Positions 41,925 to 50,358 of a stretch of DNA of 64,000 bases are shown here, one piece after another. A program made the translations under genes and the position numbers. The notes under the pieces are model-generated. The model was not told the origin of the DNA and searched no databases. It saw only the letters and a list, made by a program, of their open reading frames with translations. The stretch lies in contig CM120640.1 of NCBI GenBank assembly GCA_051362555.1, positions 66,008,788 to 66,072,787 of the forward strand, given 5' to 3'. The first letter of the stretch is position 1; each line of letters opens with the position of its first letter. The stretch is from Lingula anatina. Taxonomy: Eukaryota; Animalia; Brachiopoda.

Positions 41925-42400
41925 CTGTTAGAAAAATGAGCAAATTATTCCCTTAATCTAGATGCAGTAAAAACGGAACACAGGCCAATTAACTGCGACG
42001 TCAAACTGAGTCTTTTATGTTCAATTTTCTCTAATTTCGTTGCTACCGCAAGGTGACTTTTCCAGACTGCGTGTCTCGAATGCTGGACGCGAGGATTCCG
42101 GACGTCCCAGGATATACTCAGAAAAAGTCTACGTTAACAGACTAACTAAAACCCGGGTTAGGCAAATACTCACAAGAAAACTTTAAACATTAACGCCAAA
42201 AATAAGAAAAAGAAGAAAACTGCGACAAATAAATTACTTCGAAGTCCTACAACCAGAAATCAATGTTCTCGCTCCTCGTGCATGGAACCAAATAGCACAA
42301 GCACCTGCTGACCGAAGTTCATTTACTATGAATCACTCCGCACAACGAATGTTGGGCTTCCATCTTGAACAACACAAAATACGTTCAATTCGATGCAATA
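41925..42400 (-). promoter_or_regulatory. Candidate distal non-coding ELAV first exon and CpG-retaining promoter region
   Basis: Consensus donor AACAG|gtaagt at 41925. An in-frame TAA just before the donor makes the exon non-coding. CpG density is visibly higher at ~41600-42400 than in the CpG-depleted gene body. The 5' boundary is approximate. Confidence 0.5.
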
Positions 42401-42516
42401 CAGCATATTTTATTAGCAAATTGATAAACAATTAAAAATCAAAAAAGACAATGTTGCGTTAATCTCATTGCAAAAGACAGAGCACTAACTCTGGCACTAC
42501 CTCTCTGGGTGGAATG

Positions 42517-42879
42517 TGTGACGATGTAGTGTGTTAGATGAGATTATTTTATATTGCTACCGGTAGATGTCTCTGTAAGTAAAGTGTTGTCCGGTGTGCA
42601 AGTTTGAATCTCTCCCGTGATTGGTAACCTAAAGGTAAAACTGTTCACTGTATAGTTGGTTCTGATTGGTAAACGTGTACTATCTGAACTTGTATATAAG
42701 GTGTAACGTGAAATAAATCGATCTCTTTGGCTTCTTTGCGGCTGACTTTGCAGCTCTCTTGGTTCTTTTGGTCCTTCTTTGCGGATCTTTGAGACTCTCT
42801 CTGTGCTTATACTCTGAGACACCAGTAAGTACATTGTTATTTGTACCTTCATAAGGCACTCGGCCGCGAAGGCGTAACA
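42517..42879 (+). repeat. 5' LTR (363 bp)
   Basis: TGTGACGATG...GCGTAACA; two inverted CCAAT (ATTGG) boxes; TATATAA 42693-99; AATAAA 42712-17; GTAAGT donor 42825-30. Identical by eye to the 3' LTR. Confidence 0.97.
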
Positions 42880-42881
42880 AT

Positions 42882-42899
42882 TGGCGCAGTCGACAGGAT
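42882..42899 (+). other. Primer binding site, complementary to a tRNA-Ser 3' end
   Basis: TGGCGCAGTCGACAGGAT begins 2 nt after the LTR. Its complement ATCCTGTCGACTGCG-CCA resembles 3' ends of animal tRNA-Ser with a GCAGTCG acceptor stem. Confidence 0.8.
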
Positions 42900-43075
42900 A
42901 GAGTTTGTGTTGCTTATTAATTGACAGGATAGAATTTTGTGAAGCTAACGTTATTAGAGGATAAAATTTGTGTAGCATATGTTGTTAAATTGACAGGATT
43001 CAATTTGTGTAGCTAACGTTGTCAATTTACGGGATAGAATTTGTGTAGCTTGTGTAGTTAGAGGATAGAATTGGT
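42892..43075 (+). repeat. Degenerate ~27-35 bp tandem repeats in the retrotransposon leader
   Basis: About six copies of (GAC/AG)AGGATAGAATTTGTGTAGC(TAACGTT). Confidence 0.8.
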
Positions 43076-43345
43076 AGTTATTAGTGATATTGGAATTTTT
43101 GAAAAGCTTTGTGTATGACTGAGTGAGAGTTGGAAAGGTAGTGACACGTGTTAGTCGGGACTTGTTGCAAGACGCGAACTAGTCGGAACATATTGCAGTG
43201 ATATTTCAATTACAGTGTTGTTTGATACTCGCGGCAATTCAGTAAATATTGTCAAAGTAGTATACATTTTAGTAGTTTAGAGATATTTTGTATTAATTTT
43301 CTGTTGTGATACTACAACTGCAGAGACACTGCGGACCACTTGTAC

Positions 43346-43402
43346 TGAGTAGTAGTCGGAAAAACCACGTGTAGTGAGTAGTAGTCGGAAAGACCACGTG
43401 TA
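43346..43402 (+). repeat. Tandem duplication (~29 bp) in the retrotransposon leader
   Basis: TGAGTAGTAGTCGGAAAAACCACGTGTAG followed by TGAGTAGTAGTCGGAAAGACCACGTGTA. Confidence 0.85.
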
Positions 43403-43850
43403 TTTACAGGCCCGTGCGTGTAGAGCCTTATGTTGTAATTAGAATACAGAACATTATTTAGTGAGTTTATTTACAAAGAAAAGCATTTATTTACAATAAA
43501 GGTTTCAAATTTGTGTTTTTCACTGACTTGCCGAATGAGGGAGTGAGTGTGAATTGTTTATTGTATATTTTTATCAATATTGCAATAGCATATATTGATA
43601 GAGTACTATTCTACCTTGTTCGTCTGTGTTGAAAGTGTTTCATCATAGGTGTACATGTGAGTAGGTTGAATAGTGTGAGAAATTTGTTTGTATTTACTGT
43701 GAAGTTTAGTAGTGGCTTTTTGCTGAAACTTTCTTCAAACAGTAAAGTGTGGTAGTGGTGAAAGTATTTTATTGTGTAGTTTTTGTGGCACAGCTGCATT
43801 GCTATTATCAATAAAATTGTGTAATAGGTTGTGGGAAACTAGAAGTGAAA

Positions 43851-45821
43851 ATGGCGTCGGGTAATGTAGAAAGCAGTGTTGTGTTGAATGTGCAGACAGC
43901 GTCTGAGACAGAATTGAAAAATTTGAAAGGAATTGGTCCAGTGAAAGCTCATAGATTGGTGTCTTTGAGAAATCAAAAAGGAAAATTGCTGTTGAGTGAT
44001 TTGGAAGAAATTACTGGTATTAGTGTAGCAGAATGGCAGAAATGGGAAAAGAAGGGTAATGTGATTCTGGGTGTAATGGAAGAAAAAGATGAAGGTTCAA
44101 AAGTTGGAGATGAGAAAAAGGAAGAGAGTGTGAATTGGGAAGAAAAGTATAGAAAGTTGATGGAACGATTGAAGGTACAAAATGAAATGATAATAAATCT
44201 TCGAGATGAGGTTGAAGAAGCGGGAGAAAAGATGGAATTTTTATCAAGTGAATTGGAGATAAATGATGCTAAAGTGAAAAAGTTGGAAAATGAAAAGAGT
44301 GAATGGGAAAAAGAGAAATATGCTTTGGAAAATGAAAAGTATAGTTTGGAAAATGAGAAGTGTGATTTGAAAAATGAAAATGATATGTTGAAAGAAAGAA
44401 ATGTGAAAATTCAGAGTGAGTTAGGAAAAACTAAACAAGTGTTGATGAAAAAAGAAATGGAAATGGAAGAAGAGTGTAGAGAGTATTCCACAAAAGAAAT
44501 GATGTTACATGCTCAGGTTGAAACACAAAACGAATTGTTGAGAAAACGTGTAGAAAGTTTGCAGAAGTGTGAAATTGAGAAAATGGATTTGAAATTGCAA
44601 TTGGATGAAATGACAGCACGTCATGATCATTTGCAAACTCAGTATGAAAGAATGCATTTACAACAGGATTTAGAAAAAATTCCAAGGCCAACTCCTAGAA
44701 ATATTAAAACTAGTATATCCACACCTGCACCTAGAAGTAGTAAAAAGAAAAGTTTGGAAACCCCTGTGAAAAAACCAATACTGAAACTAGCAGAGAGTGA
44801 AAGTGATAGTGAAAGCGAAAGTGAAAGTGAATCTGAATTTGAACAGAAAAGAGTTCCTTTAGTTGAAAGAGAAAAAGGACCTGTTCATAAAATGCCTAGT
44901 TTTAGTGGGAATGGAAGAGAAAATTGGGAAGCTTTTGTATTTAAGTTTGAAGGAATGGCAGAAAGATATGGTTGGAATGATAAAAGAAAAACTAGCAGAA
45001 TGATTGAATGTTTGGAAGACAGAGCTCTTGAGTATGCGGTAGAGTTTGGAAACTGCAAATATAAACGTTTGAAAGAAGTGATGTCAAAACGTTTTAGTAT
45101 GAAAGAGTCTGCTTCATCTGCACGCAGAGCACTTCAATCAATGAGGCAGGGTGAAAGTGAATCTTTGCAAGATTTTTCTCATCGTGTGTTCATGGCATCT
45201 AGAGAGGGATATGCAGAAGGTGGTGAAGGAATAGCTGTGGATTCATTTTTGAGAGGGTGTCGTGACAAAGAATCTGCAAAATTGGCTATGGATAAAGAGC
45301 CTAAAGATTTATTTGAAGCTTTAGAGTTTGTGAAAGTTGCAAACAATAACTTCAAAGCTGTGTATGGTACAGGTGGGAGAAATGTGCATATTAGACAAGT
45401 TGGAATGTCTGATCAGAGTGTGGAGAATGGAAGTGGAAATCAATTACTCTACAACATGCAAAAAACCATGTCTGCAATGTGTGATCAGATGAAAAGAATG
45501 AATGACGCATGGGTGTCACCGTCAAATTCTCAGAGAAATTCTGGTAGAATGGTAAAGTCGCCCCAGAATGGAAACATAAATCAAAGTAGAGGGGGTCCAC
45601 CACAATGTTTTAAATGTGGAGAAAGAGGTCATGTTCAGAGGGATTGTAAGAATGAAATTGTAGAACATCCACCTAATCCCAATGTTAATAAAAATGCCAG
45701 CCCAAGTTCTATTTTGATTTGTCATAAATGTGGACAGAGAGGTCACATTCAAACAAATTGCCCTCAAAATAGAGAAATACCAAAGAATCCTCCTCCTGGT
45801 GCAAGAAATTCGGTAAACTAG
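43851..45821 (+). CDS. gag: Gag (656 aa): N-terminal HhH domain, coiled coil, capsid domain, two CCHC zinc knuckles
   Basis: aaaATGGcg start; capsid-like MPSFSGNGRENWEAFVFKFE...LQSMRQGESESLQDF; knuckles CFKCGERGHVQRDC and CHKCGQRGHIQTNC. Confidence 0.92.
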   Translation: MASGNVESSVVLNVQTASETELKNLKGIGPVKAHRLVSLRNQKGKLLLSDLEEITGISVAEWQKWEKKGNVILGVMEEKDEGSKVGDEKKEESVNWEEKYRKLMERLKVQNEMIINLRDEVEEAGEKMEFLSSELEINDAKVKKLENEKSEWEKEKYALENEKYSLENEKCDLKNENDMLKERNVKIQSELGKTKQVLMKKEMEMEEECREYSTKEMMLHAQVETQNELLRKRVESLQKCEIEKMDLKLQLDEMTARHDHLQTQYERMHLQQDLEKIPRPTPRNIKTSISTPAPRSSKKKSLETPVKKPILKLAESESDSESESESESEFEQKRVPLVEREKGPVHKMPSFSGNGRENWEAFVFKFEGMAERYGWNDKRKTSRMIECLEDRALEYAVEFGNCKYKRLKEVMSKRFSMKESASSARRALQSMRQGESESLQDFSHRVFMASREGYAEGGEGIAVDSFLRGCRDKESAKLAMDKEPKDLFEALEFVKVANNNFKAVYGTGGRNVHIRQVGMSDQSVENGSGNQLLYNMQKTMSAMCDQMKRMNDAWVSPSNSQRNSGRMVKSPQNGNINQSRGGPPQCFKCGERGHVQRDCKNEIVEHPPNPNVNKNASPSSILICHKCGQRGHIQTNCPQNREIPKNPPPGARNSVN

Positions 45822-48691
45822 AACGGGACGAATTGACCGACCGGATTTCGGATCCCTTACTTCATGTTGAAGGTCGGATTATGGATAGTGGAAATGTGAA
45901 AATGATGAATGTTGGAGATTTAGTGGGAGAAAATTTTGTGATTCCTGTTAGTGTAGGTGGTGTGAAAACATTAGCAGTTGTGGATACGGCAGCTCAATTT
46001 ACTATCGTAAATAAAAGATTTTATAGTAAATTGCAGGGTGTGCCTGAGTTTTGTGAGACTCTGAAATTAATGCTTGCTGGAAAAAATGCATTTATGATGG
46101 GTCATAGAGTAGAAAATTTGAGTATTGAGATAGATGGGATAGAATATAAAGAAAATGTGTATGTTGCAGATTTGCAAGAAGGAATTGATATGTTGTTGGG
46201 ATTGAAGTTTTTGAAGGAGAGAAATTGTGTGGTGAATTTAGTTGATCAAACATTGATCATTGGAGAAAAATGTGTGCAAGGAAGCATAGAAGTTGAAGGT
46301 GACTCTGATTTGAGTAAAGTGAATGATGAGACAGAAGCTAAAAGTGATGAGAAATGTGTTGATGAAATGGAGAAAGAAGTTGAAATTTGTGAAAATATGG
46401 TGAGAACGAAAAAGAGAATAGTAGTTCCTCCATTGACGGTGATGAGAATTTCTGTTTGTGCAGATTATGAGTTAGAGAAAAAGAAAGAGTACGTGATAGA
46501 ACCTTGTGTTGATAGACAAGTGTTGGTATCTTGTGCATTAGTTAAAGGTGATGATGTTGTTCCTATAGAGATAGTGAATGATGGAGAAAGAAATGCTGTT
46601 TTGAAAGCAGGTAGTGTGTTAGGTGTTATTAAGGAAGTTGAGACAGTTGATTCTGAAGTGAGATGTGAAGATGTAGATGGAAAAGCTAGGGTGTCTGTTG
46701 TGAATAAAGCTGAAATGAAGTTGAAAATAGATGAAAATATGGATAAAGAAGTGATGAGAAGTTTGAAAAGAGATTTGCCTGAACATTTGCAAGATTTATT
46801 TGAAAGATCAAGTGAGGAGCTTGATTCAAATGAAATGGTTGCATTGTGTGAAACTTTGAGAGATTATGAAGATGTATTTGCAAAGCATGATCTTGATTTA
46901 GGGTGCATGAAAGGTGTTAAACATACTATTAACACTGGTATTGCAGCTCCTGTGAAACAGAAATTGCGTAGAACTCCATTGGGAATGGAAGGAGAAGAGA
47001 GAAAGATGCTTGAAAAGTTGTTAGCTTCTGATGTTATTCAGCCATCAAATTCTGAATGGGCTTCTCCACCAGTATTGATAAGAAAGAAAGATGGAAGTGT
47101 TAGATGGTGTGTGGATTATAGGGAATTAAATAGGAAAACTATCAAAGATTCTTATCCTATTCCAAACATTGGTGATTGTTTAGATTGTTTGGCTGGAAAT
47201 CAATTTTTGAGTTTGATTGATATGGCTCAAGGATATTTTCAAATTGAGATTGATGAGAAAGATAGAAATAAAACTGCTTTTATCACCAGATATGGTCTGT
47301 ATGAGCATAAGAGAATGGCTATGGGACTTACCAATTCTCCTGCAAGTTTTTCTAGAGCAATGCAGTTAGTATTGAGAGGTTTGACTTGGGAGAAAGTGTT
47401 AGTGTATCTGGATGATATTACAGTGTTGGGAAAGAATTTTGAAGATCATCTTAAGAATTTGAAAGAGGTTTTGGAGAGATTGCGTTCTTACAACTTGAAG
47501 TTAAAGCCTAAGAAATGTTTTCTTTTCCAAACAAAGTGTGAATTCTTAGGAAAGTCAATCAGTAGAGAAGGTGTTGGTATAACTGAGAGTAAGATTGAGT
47601 GTGTTAGAAAGTGGCCAGTACCTACAAACAAAAAGGAAGTTGAAACGTTTCTTGGTTTCATCAATTATCATAGAGATCATATTCCTCAATTTGCTGAGAA
47701 AACTGCTTGTTTGTATGAGTTGACAGGGAATAAAAGTGTTTTCATTTGGTCAGATGAACATCAAATAGCATTTGAAAGTTTAAAACAAGAGTTAACAACT
47801 GCCCCTTGTTTAGCCTTTCCTTTGTCTGAAGGTGAATTTATACTTGATACAGATGCATCATATTCATGTATAGGAGCAGAACTTTCACAGATACAACATG
47901 GTGAAGAGAAGGTTATTGCTTATGGAAGTAAAATTATGTCACCTATACAGCGGCGTTATTGTACAACTAGAAAAGAGCTCTTGGCTGTTGTAAACTTCTG
48001 TAGACAATATAGACATTATTTGTTGGGAAGAAAGTTCAGAATCCGAACAGATCATCATAGTTTAGTGTGGTTGTTAGGATTTAAAAACCCAGATGGTCAG
48101 TTAGCAAGATGGTTAGAAGAATTATCTCAGTATAATTTTACCATTGAACATAGACCAGGAAAGAAGCATGGAAATGCAGATGCATTATCAAGAATACCTT
48201 TAGCTATAAAAGAATGTGATTGCTATAAGGTAGGAGTGAAATTGAGTGACTTACCCTGTGGAGGATGTCATTATTGTCAGAAAGTACATAAAAATTGGTC
48301 AAGGTTTGAGACTGATGTGAATGATGTAATTCCTCTGGGAAATAAGAAATCGAATGATAATGTAGTTGAATCGAATGCAGTTGGTGATATGAAGAATGAA
48401 ACAAATTGTGAGAAATTGAGTTCAGTTTTGATGTGTCAGAGGGCTGATACAAATGATAAAACTGACAAGAATGAAAGAGATGAATTATGCAATTGGTTGA
48501 AAGGATATGATTTGAAAAAATTGCAGAGAAAAGATGCAGATTTGAAAATAATCATAAGTTGGTTAGAAAATGGTGAACCTAAAGAATCAGAGTTGTATTT
48601 GTGTAGTATGGCAGTGAAAGGATTATGGAATTGCAAAGAGCAATTGATTCTTTTAAATGATGTGTTATATTACAAATGGGAAAAGAAATAA
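45812..48691 (+). CDS. pol: Pol (aspartic protease, reverse transcriptase, RNase H), entered by -1 frameshift; ends before integrase
   Basis: Protease AVVDTAAQ; RT WASPPVLIRKKDGSVRWCVDYRELN, YLDD; RNase H FILDTDAS, ELLAVV, RTDHHSL, NADALSR. The -1 frame is open from GGTAAAC at 45812. Confidence 0.93.
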   Translation, partial: GKLERDELTDRISDPLLHVEGRIMDSGNVKMMNVGDLVGENFVIPVSVGGVKTLAVVDTAAQFTIVNKRFYSKLQGVPEFCETLKLMLAGKNAFMMGHRVENLSIEIDGIEYKENVYVADLQEGIDMLLGLKFLKERNCVVNLVDQTLIIGEKCVQGSIEVEGDSDLSKVNDETEAKSDEKCVDEMEKEVEICENMVRTKKRIVVPPLTVMRISVCADYELEKKKEYVIEPCVDRQVLVSCALVKGDDVVPIEIVNDGERNAVLKAGSVLGVIKEVETVDSEVRCEDVDGKARVSVVNKAEMKLKIDENMDKEVMRSLKRDLPEHLQDLFERSSEELDSNEMVALCETLRDYEDVFAKHDLDLGCMKGVKHTINTGIAAPVKQKLRRTPLGMEGEERKMLEKLLASDVIQPSNSEWASPPVLIRKKDGSVRWCVDYRELNRKTIKDSYPIPNIGDCLDCLAGNQFLSLIDMAQGYFQIEIDEKDRNKTAFITRYGLYEHKRMAMGLTNSPASFSRAMQLVLRGLTWEKVLVYLDDITVLGKNFEDHLKNLKEVLERLRSYNLKLKPKKCFLFQTKCEFLGKSISREGVGITESKIECVRKWPVPTNKKEVETFLGFINYHRDHIPQFAEKTACLYELTGNKSVFIWSDEHQIAFESLKQELTTAPCLAFPLSEGEFILDTDASYSCIGAELSQIQHGEEKVIAYGSKIMSPIQRRYCTTRKELLAVVNFCRQYRHYLLGRKFRIRTDHHSLVWLLGFKNPDGQLARWLEELSQYNFTIEHRPGKKHGNADALSRIPLAIKECDCYKVGVKLSDLPCGGCHYCQKVHKNWSRFETDVNDVIPLGNKKSNDNVVESNAVGDMKNETNCEKLSSVLMCQRADTNDKTDKNERDELCNWLKGYDLKKLQRKDADLKIIISWLENGEPKESELYLCSMAVKGLWNCKEQLILLNDVLYYKWEKK

Positions 48692-48740
48692 GATAGACAT
48701 TTGTGTTTAATTGTACCATAAGATTTGGTCAATGAAGTTT
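48692..48740 (+). pseudogene. Integrase N-terminal remnant
   Basis: The pol frame continues *DRHLCLIVP*DLVNEV, matching the 'LVVPxxLRxEVL' lead-in to the Gypsy integrase HHCC domain, then hits T16. No HHCC or DDE core follows. Confidence 0.75.
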
Positions 48741-48936
48741 TTTTTTTTTTTTTATTTGAATTTGCGTCTTATTTGAATAATATGTGTACATAGTGAATGC
48801 GGCAAGGCTGTAATACTATGTTAATAATGTAAAATTATGTTCGTAATGTAATATGTTAATATTCATTTGAAAGAAAAGCTCATTATCATGTATATTCATT
48901 CAAGAAAATAAACCATTGTATAAGTTTATTTCAGAT

Positions 48937-49606
48937 ATGGATGATCTAGACATGTTAGATGAAGCATGTTTTGTCCCGGATTATGATGACACTGATTTGG
49001 TGGAAGATCCTACTGTCTTAATTGGTGAAGAGGGGGAGGAAGTTACCCACTCAAAGTGCAGAGGGGAGAAACGGAGGAAAGAAGTTCAGTGTGGTTTGTG
49101 TCTGGTGTCCAGTGCTGACCTAAGTAGACATCTTGGACGTCATGTGAAATCTGTTCATTTGCCATGGTATATGACTCCAGGATTGGTGTGCTGGTATTGC
49201 AGATCGATGGAAAAGGACAATTCGCTTTTGCGTAAACGTCATGGTGATGTTCATTCGTGTGGAACTGGTGAATTCGAGAAAAAAACTGTGGATCCAGTTG
49301 GTGAATGGATTTATACATTTCCTGATATTAACATTAAATATGAGAAATATATGGGAGCTGATGGACTATGTGAAAAGTGAAGGACTAGTAATGTTGCCAG
49401 ATAACTGTTCCAAGGAGGACATTGACTTTGTAAAAATATACATTCATGGAAATGGAATGGAGCCTAAGACTGAGATTCTAAATTCTTGGTTGACTTTGTC
49501 TCACTGGAGAACTTTGTATCATCTGTTACAAAAACTTTCATCAGAGGATCGTGAACTCTGTAGTCATTGGTATCGGCGGATGGAATTTACTTTGCTACAT
49601 GGATGA
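48937..49606 (+). CDS. Retrotransposon accessory ORF3, Cys/His-rich, split by a 1-nt frameshift in an A7 run (49279-85)
   Basis: Acceptor tttatttcag|AT ATG; acidic N-terminus; CGLC...RHVKSVHLPWYMTPGLVCWYC; continues in the +1 frame as KKLWIQLVNGFIHFL...LSHWRTLYHLLQKLS. Confidence 0.65.
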
Positions 49607-49981
49607 AAAATGAACTATATAATGATTTTGACATTTCACATTGACATTGTTATCATTAATAATGTTGTTTTGAGCAACTTTGAGTTAAAATCACTTTGTA
49701 TGCTTTTAAAGTTGATTTAAAGTGATAATGGATTTAAAACTTTGTTTTGCATTCCTAAGGATGAACATTTATGCTGAGAGATGGACTTGATTGACTTTGC
49801 TTGTGTTAAAAGTTAAATGTTGAATCTTGGCATAACAAGAATGAACTTATTTGCATTATTTGCTTATTTTAAATATAAAGTAAGATTTCAGTTGTTATAT
49901 TTGTTGAATTGTAGTAATTGTTAGTTTAACAATTTAAAGTAATGGTTTATATTGTAATAATAGGGGGGAGTTTTGTTCGTC

Positions 49982-49995
49982 AAAAGGGGGGAGAG
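49982..49995 (+). other. Polypurine tract
   Basis: AAAAGGGGGGAGAG directly abuts the 3' LTR; a second G-tract (AGGGGGGAG) lies ~20 nt upstream. Confidence 0.9.
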
Positions 49996-50358
49996 TGTGA
50001 CGATGTAGTGTGTTAGATGAGATTATTTTATATTGCTACCGGTAGATGTCTCTGTAAGTAAAGTGTTGTCCGGTGTGCAAGTTTGAATCTCTCCCGTGAT
50101 TGGTAACCTAAAGGTAAAACTGTTCACTGTATAGTTGGTTCTGATTGGTAAACGTGTACTATCTGAACTTGTATATAAGGTGTAACGTGAAATAAATCGA
50201 TCTCTTTGGCTTCTTTGCGGCTGACTTTGCAGCTCTCTTGGTTCTTTTGGTCCTTCTTTGCGGATCTTTGAGACTCTCTCTGTGCTTATACTCTGAGACA
50301 CCAGTAAGTACATTGTTATTTGTACCTTCATAAGGCACTCGGCCGCGAAGGCGTAACA
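49996..50358 (+). repeat. 3' LTR (363 bp)
   Basis: Direct repeat of 42517-42879, preceded by the PPT and followed by TSD AATG. Confidence 0.97.

Larger units (their letters stand above)
42517..50358 (+). mobile_element. Ty3/Gypsy LTR retrotransposon, full LTR-to-LTR copy, integrase deleted
   Basis: Two 363-bp TG...CA LTRs; 4-bp TSD AATG at 42513-16 and 50359-62; PBS; PPT; gag; pol in PR-RT-RH order. Confidence 0.97.

Noticed and set aside
42852-42875. TAAGGCAC in the LTR resembling the miR-124 5' end
   Set aside because: Only the seed-length match; the rest diverges and there is no precursor hairpin.
50023-50331. Antisense 102-aa ORF in the LTR (and the 144-aa version at 42544-42978)
   Set aside because: No recognisable motifs; its recurrence is explained by LTR duplication.
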